Below, one piece after another: positions 1-8,812 of a stretch of DNA of 32,498 nt. Source of the DNA: Octopus bimaculoides (lineage: Eukaryota); contig NC_068981.1 of the NCBI RefSeq assembly GCF_001194135.2, positions 122,182,788 through 122,215,285 of the forward strand, read 5' to 3'. Both the position numbers and the translations under genes were made by a program. Below the pieces are notes generated by a model that did not search any database, was not told the origin of the DNA, and saw nothing but the letters and a program-made list of their open reading frames with translations. Position 1 is the first letter of the stretch. Each line of letters begins with the position of its first letter.

Positions 1-15
1 GTGTTGGACTGTGGA

Positions 16-579
16 GAACTTCTTTTGTATAGTGACGCTGAATTGCCTCGAGTTCTGCTGTCCGTTTGATACTGTGCGGTGAACATAACTGAGAGCAATA
101 GTCTAGGCGGCTCAGAACAAATGTCTTCCATAGCGTCAACATGACAATGTGCATGTGAAATGATGCATCACTACATATGTTGATGCCCAGATCTTTTACT
201 GTTTGTGGTTCTGGGATTGCAGTACCTCCAGGTCCTGTGTATGCCAGTTGGGAGGCACTTGTAGCCTTGTAGCGCAGTACTTGAAATGTTTTTCATTGAA
301 CTGCATATTACTTTGCTATGCCCACTTGTATATTGCGTTTAGGTCGTTCTGCAGGCTTATGATATCATCAGGATTCTTTATTGCCTGAGATAGCTTTGTG
401 TCATGAGCGTAGCTAGTGAGAGTGGTTCTCCGAGTGACCGTGGGCATGTCCAGAAGGGCCACTATGAACAGTAGTGGCCCCAGGACAGTTCCTGGCGGAA
501 CACCACTCAATATTTGCGTTTCCATAGATAGTTCTCCATTGGCTGCAACTGTCTGACTTCTACCATTCAGGAAGTCATG
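16..579 (-). mobile_element. CR1-group LINE (CR1/L2/Crack-like), decayed reverse transcriptase and C-terminal fragment
   Basis: Manual minus-strand translation: HDFLNGRSQTVAANGELS..ILSGVPPGTVLGPLLF (SGVPQGSVLGPLLF motif), SYAHDTKL (YADD motif), LQNDLNAIYKWA*. After a frameshift it reads VLRYK..VKDLGI..MLTLWKTFVLSRLDYCSQLCSP..LEAIQRHYTK. Contains a stop, a frameshift and an internal deletion. Confidence 0.9.
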
Positions 580-706
580 TATATGCATATATATGTTTGC
601 GTGTGTGTTGATATATATATATATATACATATGTATATATGTATATATGTGTGTGTGTATGTATATGTATATATGCATATATATTTATATACATGCATAC
701 ATACAT
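577..706. repeat. Compound (AT)/(GT)/(ATGT) microsatellite running into an assembly gap
   Basis: Directly visible; N-run 707-1331 follows. Confidence 0.95.
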
Positions 707-1331
707 NNNNNNNNNNNNNNNNNNNNNNNNNNNNNNNNNNNNNNNNNNNNNNNNNNNNNNNNNNNNNNNNNNNNNNNNNNNNNNNNNNNNNNNNNNNNNN
801 NNNNNNNNNNNNNNNNNNNNNNNNNNNNNNNNNNNNNNNNNNNNNNNNNNNNNNNNNNNNNNNNNNNNNNNNNNNNNNNNNNNNNNNNNNNNNNNNNNNN
901 NNNNNNNNNNNNNNNNNNNNNNNNNNNNNNNNNNNNNNNNNNNNNNNNNNNNNNNNNNNNNNNNNNNNNNNNNNNNNNNNNNNNNNNNNNNNNNNNNNNN
1001 NNNNNNNNNNNNNNNNNNNNNNNNNNNNNNNNNNNNNNNNNNNNNNNNNNNNNNNNNNNNNNNNNNNNNNNNNNNNNNNNNNNNNNNNNNNNNNNNNNNN
1101 NNNNNNNNNNNNNNNNNNNNNNNNNNNNNNNNNNNNNNNNNNNNNNNNNNNNNNNNNNNNNNNNNNNNNNNNNNNNNNNNNNNNNNNNNNNNNNNNNNNN
1201 NNNNNNNNNNNNNNNNNNNNNNNNNNNNNNNNNNNNNNNNNNNNNNNNNNNNNNNNNNNNNNNNNNNNNNNNNNNNNNNNNNNNNNNNNNNNNNNNNNNN
1301 NNNNNNNNNNNNNNNNNNNNNNNNNNNNNNN
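707..1331. other. Assembly gap. Other gaps: 2179-2190, 2541-2550, 5103-5199, 5959-6451, 18820-18829, 24615-24691, 27730-27935, 29663-30251, 31136-31356
   Basis: N-runs; most are flanked by (AT)n or (CA)n tracts. Confidence 1.
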
Positions 1332-2062
1332 GAAACCAATAGAGTAGAGAAAGTATATCACATTACAGTGTAAGATATGCGATCAGTACGAGCTCGCATT
1401 TGGCAAGAAGTTTAACATTGTTGTTTGGCCATGACACTCCATAGACCCTAAGTAAGTCATGAGGAAAATTTGAATGAACTCGTTTAGGCAGTTCTCGAAT
1501 TTTAGTGATGCACACATTTAAACACACAGACAAAGAGGCAGACAGACAGATAAATATACTTTCTGAATGTTGTATATGTCTTTGTATATGAGTGTTTTTA
1601 TATATGTATATATATATATATGAATGTGTGCATGTGTGTTATTTGAAGTTCAGATGAATAGGTAATTATCTAAGTGGTACATAAATGTTCTATTGTAATC
1701 GAAAGATTGCTTTTATATTATCTTTTACAAAACTCATGAAGTATATATGAATGTTATTTTTTGTTTCGACAAGTACTTATATTACTCGCTGGGCGTTCTA
1801 TTCGACACAGTTTATGAAGGTGGTGAAGCTAATAGACTAAAGTTGTTTTAACTATTGAGCACTCCTTACTATTTTAAACTCTGATATCCATAGAACAAAG
1901 TAAAACATTAGAAAACATTTAGCTTGATTAAGTTTAGACTTGAATCAGATCCTGTGTACCTCTTCTTTTCAAGTGAACAGTTAAAACGAATAACATAATT
2001 TCCTAGATATATTCAGTAATTTATGTCATGTACACCCCATATGAAATACAGGTTTTATACAC

Positions 2063-2190
2063 ATGTATGTATGTATGTATGTATGTATGAATGTATGTAT
2101 GAATGTATGTATGTATGTAAGACCCAGGGATCGAGGTGTAGGACGAAAGTTATCTTCAAGTAATCTGTAGTTAATATANNNNNNNNNNNN

Positions 2191-2216
<26 letters not shown>
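2063..2216. repeat. (ATGT)n and (AT)n microsatellites
   Basis: (ATGT)n at about 2063-2118; (AT)n around the 12-N gap. Confidence 0.9.
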
Positions 2217-2221
<5 letters not shown>

Positions 2222-2335
2222 TATTCTTAGGGACAATAGCGGATGTTTTCGTATCGAAGTACGATAAACTGGAAAAAGTTATTTTTATATTTCACGGTAG
2301 GCAAATAAAGTTGCCCGGTGTACGAATAAGAATAC

Positions 2336-2450
2336 AAGAGTTGCGGAATGGAATAGATAAGGTCCGGCTACACATGTTTTATAGCGAGTGGTTCTGCTCG
2401 CCATGAAAGATATGCAGCTCTGATCTTATCTACACCATTCCGTAACTCTC
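2336..2450. repeat. Imperfect long inverted repeat (fold-back; MITE-like or RNA hairpin)
   Basis: Outer arms 2336-2361/2425-2450 are 22/26 complementary. Inner arms 2367-2388/2397-2418 are 17/22 complementary. The loop is 8 nt, TGGTTCTG. Confidence 0.85.
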
Positions 2451-2696
2451 TTACGTATGTATAGATAAATATAATTTTACGTATATATTTGTTGATGTCC
2501 TTTGAGGACTACGAAATTGACAAAAAAAAACAAAAAAAACNNNNNNNNNNTAATTTTACGTATATATTTGTTGATGTCCTTTGAGGACTACGAAATTGAC
2601 AAAAAAAAACAAAAAAAACTATTAATCCATTTTGAGTTACAAGTTCCATATGGTTCTAATTTATGACGATGTTATTCTTTTTTCTTTTTTTTTTGT

Positions 2697-3034
2697 TCTT
2701 AATTGTTTCAGTCATTTGACTACGGCCATGCTGTAGCGTCGCCTTTAGTCGAGCAAATCGCCCCCAGGACTTATTCTTTGTAAGCCTAGTACTTATTCTA
2801 TCAGTCTCTTTTGACGAACCGCTAAGTTACGGGGACGTGAACACACTAGCATCGATTGTCAAGCGATGTTGGAGGGACAAACACAGACACACACGTACAT
2901 GTATATATATACATATATAGGACGAGCTTCTTTCGGTTGCCGCTTACCGAATCCACTCACTTTGGTCGGCTCGAGGCTACAGTAGAAGACACTTGCCCAA
3001 GTTGCTACGCAGTGGTACTGAATCCGGAACCATG
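2697..3034 (-). mobile_element. tRNA-derived SINE, family A (central microsatellite), 5' head truncated
   Basis: Reverse complement matches the plus-strand copies at 5768 and 14356 (GGTTCCGG[A/G]TTCA B-box region, TTGGGCAAGTGTCTTCTA, GTGGATT[C/T]GGTA). It then runs through an AC/AT tract into a 3' half ending CATGGCCGTAGTCAAATGACTGAAACAA. Confidence 0.85.
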
Positions 3035-3651
3035 TATAGACCACTCCTGCGCCTATACACTTTTGAAATGCAACATCACCACAACGTTCTCGTAACTACT
3101 AACCTATCATATTTTCTATTTACTGTCATTATAGGCTATGCAAAACCTACGCCGAATATTGTGTTTTTGCAACGGATGATATCATCTACATATGTTATCA
3201 AATATGAGTCTAATATCAGAAGTTCCAATAAATGCTATGTATCAGATATTGATAAAATTTAATTATGCAGTATAGCGAACACAGAGGATTATTTTATATA
3301 TTTACACGTTTAAAGAACTACAACCAATCTGCAATTGCGCCTAATATGCGAAGCTTTGCCAATGGAATGTCTCTTTAAAATTATCAACATTTAATAAGAC
3401 ACTTGGAATGTTTTAGATAAATTATGTATAAATCAAAATCGTTGGGGATTTAGTTGTGTTAGAATACTAAGGCGGTCATGTGTATCTGCACATGCATATG
3501 CATTTTAATCACGGATTATTACATAAGATTCCAATATGAGAATAATAAATTGTTGGTGAACTTTCTGATTTGCATATCGTGCATACAATATATATATAGG
3601 TTATTCCCAAATAAAAACGGAAAAGACTAAAGACAAAATGATCTAAACATT

Positions 3652-3860
3652 CGTATCAAATTTTGCCAACAGGACAGCAATTTCGAGGAAGGAGGTAAGT
3701 CTATTACGTCGAAGCCACTGATGAACAAGTATTTTATCGACTTCTAATCGTTGAAGGGAAAGTGGACCTCGGCAGCAATTGAACTCAGAACTTAAATTCG
3801 GAAGAAATACCACTGAGCATTTTGTCCGACGCGATATCTATTCCACGAGCTCGTCGGCTT
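3652..3860 (-). mobile_element. tRNA-derived SINE, family B, copy 1 of tandem triplet
   Basis: Reverse complement aligns to the plus-strand copies at 10890, 13200 and 23512 (GAGTTCAA B-box, CCGAGGTC, TCGATAAAATA, TAAT-GACTTACC, AAAATTTGA tail). Confidence 0.8.
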
Positions 3861-3877
3861 AAATTCATCCGAATATT

Positions 3878-4068
3878 GGTTTCAAATTTTAGCACAAGGT
3901 CTAAAATTGTGGAAGGGTGTGTAAGTCGATTAAATAAATCCAAATGCTTGACGTCTATGTACTTTATCGTCCTCGAAAGGCTGAAATGAAAAGTTGGGCT
4001 TGTGGAATTTGAACTCTGGACGTAAAGACAGACGAAATGCCGCTAAGAGTTTTAGCCGGCTACCGCTT
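3878..4068 (-). mobile_element. tRNA-derived SINE, family B, copy 2 of tandem triplet
   Basis: GGTTTCAAATTTTAGCACAAGG...GTAAGTCGATT...GGAATTTGAACTC...GACAGACGAAATGCCGCTAAG; part of the head is deleted. Confidence 0.8.
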
Positions 4069-4086
4069 TGAAACGATCTAAATATT

Positions 4087-4286
4087 GATGTAAAATTTTC
4101 GCAGAAGGCCAGGAAGTTCGAGGGAGGGGTAAGTCGATTACATCGACTGCAGTGCACAACAAGCACTTATATCGAACCCGAAATGAGAAGCAAAATTGAC
4201 TTCGGCGGAATTTGAACTCAGGTCATAAAGGGTTTGCCGCTAAGCATTTTGCTAACCATGCTAACGATTCAGTCAGTCTCCACCTT
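4087..4286 (-). mobile_element. tRNA-derived SINE, family B, copy 3 of tandem triplet
   Basis: GAGGGAGGGGTAAGTCGATTACATCGAC...CTTCGGCGGAATTTGAACTCAG...GCTAAGCATTT...GCTAACGATTC...CACCTT matches the AAGGTGGTGAGTTGGCAGAATCGTTAGC head at 23512 in reverse. Confidence 0.85.
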
Positions 4287-4477
4287 TAAATGATCTGACT
4301 ATTGGGAACGAACATATGTAACTCAACGAAATGTCAATTTATTTTTCGCTGTGAAAATGCATTTCACAGCTCAAATATACTCAATGATTTAGAAGTCGTT
4401 TTAGCATTCAAATTATAATTACATACACGCACACACACAGACACACACACACACATACATGCACACGCACCTATATA

Positions 4478-4690
4478 TGACCCAGTGCGTTGGGTGTTGC
4501 ACTCACGATCATGAGATCGTGGTTTCAATACCAAGACCGGGTGGTGCGTTCTTTTCTTGAGCAAAGCACTTCATCACACGTTGTTCTGCGATCAATTTCA
4601 CACCTGACGCGTGATACCTCGTGCCTCTGGTCAGGCAAGGTTGATTTGATGGAGGCAGTGAGCTAATATACAGCATAACTAAACGTTCAT
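4478..4690 (+). mobile_element. tRNA-derived SINE, family C
   Basis: tRNA-like head: A-box-like TGACCCAGTGCGTTGG, anticodon arm GCACTCACGATCATGAGATC, B-box-like GGTTTCAATACC. It is followed by TTCTTGAGCAAAGCACTT, a motif typical of SINE central domains. Single copy in the window, so the family assignment is from recall. Confidence 0.65.
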
Positions 4691-4930
4691 ACGACATCTT
4701 CGAAGGGAGAGTCCACTATATGTATATATATAAATTAATTGGATGTTAGCCCTAGAGCGTACCATACAAATCTCATCCCCGAAGAACAAGGAACTAGAAT
4801 TCAGTACATGTCTCTACAATGATACCGCATACATCATTGGTTGCATAATATACAAATATTCACGAGGTGGAATTCAGTTGAAACACTTGTAAATATATGT
4901 AGTAATAAATCTAACACAGGCATTCTTCTT

Positions 4931-5199
4931 GTTTATATATGTATATGTACATATGTATATATATACATACACACACATACACACAGACACACGCATATAT
5001 ATATATATATATATATATATTTGTATGTATTCATATGTATATGCATATATTTATATATGTATATACCTATATATATATCAATCTATTTATCTATCTATCT
5101 CTNNNNNNNNNNNNNNNNNNNNNNNNNNNNNNNNNNNNNNNNNNNNNNNNNNNNNNNNNNNNNNNNNNNNNNNNNNNNNNNNNNNNNNNNNNNNNNNNN

Positions 5200-5231
<32 letters not shown>

Positions 5232-5280
5232 TATGCATACATATATCGTGTGCCTATGTGTGTATGTACACCTATATATT
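4931..5280. repeat. Compound (AT)/(AC)/(ATCT) microsatellite around a gap
   Basis: Directly visible. Confidence 0.95.
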
Positions 5281-5767
5281 CGTGCAACTAGAAGTATGAC
5301 AAATATATATTTCAAGAAATATTGTATTTCAGAAGTCGACCATGAGTAAATATTTTCCAATTATAGGTGATTGTTAACTTATATCGTATAAGATGCTTTA
5401 GGCAGCAGGAGTTTCATAAACAACCCTATTTGGTTCATTTTCTTTATATATAGGATTCTAATTAAAATTTTCTGAATTAAGATTCACAATTCACTTTTTC
5501 CATTTAACTGCATCAATGGACATATCCATTATGGAACATATTTCATTCGCTACAATAGTATACTTCACGTAAAAAATATACACGTACGCCGACACACAAA
5601 TACACACATGAAAACACACACCCACACACGCAGACACACATACAGAAACAGATACAGAAAGACTTTTACATATATACATATGTTAATATATAGATATGTG
5701 CCTCAATATATACATTCATGTATATACCTATTTAAACATGTACCCAGATTCATATGTAGATGTGTAT

Positions 5768-5919
5768 TAGCTGTGTGGTAAGAAGCTTGCTTCTCAACCA
5801 TATGATTCCGGTATCAGTCCCTCTGCTTGGCATCTTGGGCAAGTGTCTTTTATTATAGCGTCCTGTCGGCGAAAGCCATGCGAGTGGATTTGGTAGACGG
5901 AAACTGAAAGAAGCCCGTC

Positions 5920-5958
<39 letters not shown>
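5768..5958 (+). mobile_element. SINE family A, 5' half running into (TA)n and a gap
   Basis: GCTGTGTGGTAAGAAGCTTGCTT (A-box), GATTCCGGTATCAGTCCC (B-box), CATCTTGGGCAAGTGTCTT, GTGGATTTGGTAGACGGAAACTGAAAGAAGCCCGTCG, then (TA)n. Confidence 0.9.
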
Positions 5959-7242
5959 NNNNNNNNNNNNNNNNNNNNNNNNNNNNNNNNNNNNNNNNNN
6001 NNNNNNNNNNNNNNNNNNNNNNNNNNNNNNNNNNNNNNNNNNNNNNNNNNNNNNNNNNNNNNNNNNNNNNNNNNNNNNNNNNNNNNNNNNNNNNNNNNNN
6101 NNNNNNNNNNNNNNNNNNNNNNNNNNNNNNNNNNNNNNNNNNNNNNNNNNNNNNNNNNNNNNNNNNNNNNNNNNNNNNNNNNNNNNNNNNNNNNNNNNNN
6201 NNNNNNNNNNNNNNNNNNNNNNNNNNNNNNNNNNNNNNNNNNNNNNNNNNNNNNNNNNNNNNNNNNNNNNNNNNNNNNNNNNNNNNNNNNNNNNNNNNNN
6301 NNNNNNNNNNNNNNNNNNNNNNNNNNNNNNNNNNNNNNNNNNNNNNNNNNNNNNNNNNNNNNNNNNNNNNNNNNNNNNNNNNNNNNNNNNNNNNNNNNNN
6401 NNNNNNNNNNNNNNNNNNNNNNNNNNNNNNNNNNNNNNNNNNNNNNNNNNNNCAAACAAGAATTTAAAATCTAATTGGAGGGATTGTAGTAATTTCAAAT
6501 TTAGAGGAAGGTAGGTTAAGTAGTGCCATTCGTTTGCACCAGATATATAATAAGACTTTTGATTAACAAATTCTAAATCAACTTCGATATAGTCTTGGTT
6601 CTAATCTAGATTATGGTTTACAAAATTTCAGTACGAGTTTCTGGAAAAATAACATTCTCTCATTCCTTGTCTTCACGCAGAAATCCATACAATAAGAGCT
6701 GCAGTTCTCTGTAGACAAAGCTATAAAGAGTAGTGTATATTTCTGTGAAGAATAAACGGCAGTTGTCGAATATTCCATCAGCAAACTTTTGGGAACTTTT
6801 GGTTAAACTGATTTGTTGTACGGACGTACGTTTCATTTCGGTTTTCCTCGATCAGAGCTGACAGATGGTAGTCTAATAAAATTGAAAGATATTTTTCGAA
6901 GATATGGAGAACGGCATATGTAACTTACTGTCGTATTTTTTTAACACTTTTTCGTTTAATCTTCAGCTTGGTGTATCATACCACACATTCGGAAAGGTCA
7001 TAGGAATTTCTCTTGTTAAGTTTAATTTTTATTATGATTAGGCCCTGAAGACAACTTCTAGCTTCATATTGTCAATAGACTTCTAATTAGAGTGTTTGTT
7101 GTTGTACTAAATCCTATGCATGATAATTGTTTTTTCCTCTCTCAGTAAATACCAATCACTACTACAATGATTAGCATCTAAATGCACAATTGAAATAGCG
7201 CGTGTTAAAGTTTGATGATAAAGGTTAAATACATGTTTCTAA

Positions 7243-7420
7243 TTTTGGTAATAAACAGGAAATATGAGGGGAGGGACAAGTGTTCACCTGGTTCTTATTT
7301 TATCCACCCCGACATAATAAAAGACAATGTGCCGGAATTTGATGTCAGTCCGTGAAATCGGAACAAATGCCACAGAGCATTTTGTCCAGAGTGCTAAGCA
7401 ATCTGCAAGTTTACTGCCTT
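7243..7420 (-). mobile_element. SINE family B, decayed copy
   Basis: TTCTTATTTTATCCACCCCG...GCCGGAATTTGA...AAATGCCACAGAGCATTTTGTCC...CTGCAAGTTTACTGCCTT. Confidence 0.65.
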
Positions 7421-7432
7421 AGAAATATGTGA

Positions 7433-7535
7433 TAATTCTTTCTACAATATTCACAAGCACTGAAATTTTGTGGGCGTTGTGCTATTCGATTACCAGTGCT
7501 CAACTGGTACTTATTATACGATCTGCAAAGCGAGG
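7433..7535 (-). mobile_element. SINE family B, 3' half with the alternative tail
   Basis: CCAGTGCTCAACTGGTACTTATT is the reverse of the AATAAGTAGCAGTTGAGTACTGG seen at about 11015. Confidence 0.65.
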
Positions 7536-8477
7536 TAATATGATTATTTAAAATTATTTAGAATTAAAATTTTATACTCAATCACTTTTACTAAATGTTT
7601 TCAATGCACTCTAGTAAACTTAACTAATGAATGAATTAGCTCATTAATTTTTATTATATTGCAGGAATTTTAATTATTTCCTATTTGATATTTAACAGGG
7701 AGATTTTCTTCTAATTTACTTGTTAAACGTGCACCCCAGCGAGCGATATTTTGTAAATAACTAATCTTGTTTACGAACAAAGGGAAAACATTGTAATTGT
7801 ATCCCTGATGATTGATTGAATGCACACATTCCTATTTTGTGAGTTGACATTTCATTAGTGATCATTCGATGCAGAAGTGTTTAGAATATATTATACGCAC
7901 AATTATGTTTTATAAGAGTTCATACATATTTCTTTCAAACTTATTTCACCATTATTGCACATTATATCGATCAATTGTTTTGATATCGATATCGTGTTGT
8001 TGACATCGATATTAGGTTCATAATTTGGGATAATTTGGGAAATCATGCTCTTCAATAGAATCAAGTTGTAAATGAGGTGTAAGTGGATAGTGAGCCTGAG
8101 CAATCAAAACTGTACTAAAAACGGTTACACGAACGAAACGGAAACGACCAAGCAAACACACTCAGTATTTCACACGCAGACATATAGACACAACTTTAAT
8201 TACCACTCAGAGTTGAGTTTCACATTTTGATCTTCCAGTATGTGTAAGTCGTAGAATGAGAAGATGGTGCGTAGGAAAAGTACATGGATCGAAGATTAAA
8301 TTATGAAAGAATATTCAGAAAATACACAGGCTATGAGTAAGTATTCGAGGCAAACGTTACTGTTATATGTTTAGCTGAAGTGGGCAGCCATGTAAGATAA
8401 ATGCACAAGGATATCAAGTAATTGAAAACTTGTTTAATTTAATACTCTGATATCGAGACTCCTATCTCTTAGTGTCT

Positions 8478-8585
8478 ACATACATAAATACATACATACT
8501 TACATGCATACATGCATACATACATACATACATACAGACAGATAGACAGATAGATAAACAGACATACAAACATAAATACATTCGT
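8478..8585. repeat. (ATAC)n/(AGAC/AGAT)n microsatellite
   Basis: Directly visible. Confidence 0.9.
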
Positions 8586-8589
8586 ACAA

Positions 8590-8810
8590 ATATAAATACA
8601 GAAATCATAAACATAGATTTTTACAGTTCTAGTAATGGCATGGATCTATATTCTTCGAATCGGCTTTCTTCATACTGATTTAAGAAGCCTAATTTCTCAA
8701 GATTGGTATTCAGGCAGTGTTACATATATCTGTGCCCCAATAAGTACAGGTAATGCTGAACTTGTAATCTGGATATTGTACCTGCAGATTCCTCAATACT
8801 TCAGCCTAAG
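8590..8810 (-). mobile_element. RLE-type LINE (R4/Dong-like), C-terminal fragment
   Basis: With frameshifts the minus strand reads AEVLRNLQVQYPDYKFS..PVLIGA..YVT.CLNTNLEKLGF..RRI.IHAIT.TVKI, the characteristic end of RLE-clade ORFs. Homologous at DNA level to 13960-14090. Confidence 0.75.
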
Positions 8811-8812
8811 TA

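Noticed and set aside
567-1373. Long ORFs of 200-290 aa here and at 4841-5360, 5794-6498, 27547-28049 and 29485-30488
   Set aside because: They are made of N-runs and YI/CV/HT dipeptide repeats from microsatellites.
2472-2619. Perfect 69-bp direct repeat (2472-2540 and 2551-2619)
   Set aside because: The two identical copies are separated by exactly 10 N, the signature of an unmerged contig overlap; most likely an assembly artefact.
3636-4303. CRISPR-like reading of the motif/spacer array
   Set aside because: Eukaryotic context, the spacers are about 200-bp homologous SINEs, the repeats are short and degenerate, and there are no cas genes.
4478-4535. tRNA gene (also the heads at 5768, 14356, 23512)
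   Set aside because: A and B boxes are present but there is no acceptor stem, and the sequence continues into SINE bodies.
6967-6996. 30-nt microexon candidate (LGVSYHTFGK) after a long pyrimidine tract
   Set aside because: The donor GTCATA is weak, all three frames are open, and there are no partner exons; expected by chance in T-rich DNA.
7690-8130. TGATTGAT (Pbx/Hox-like) and ATCGAT-rich motifs suggesting an enhancer
   Set aside because: Short motifs are uninformative without conservation or chromatin data.
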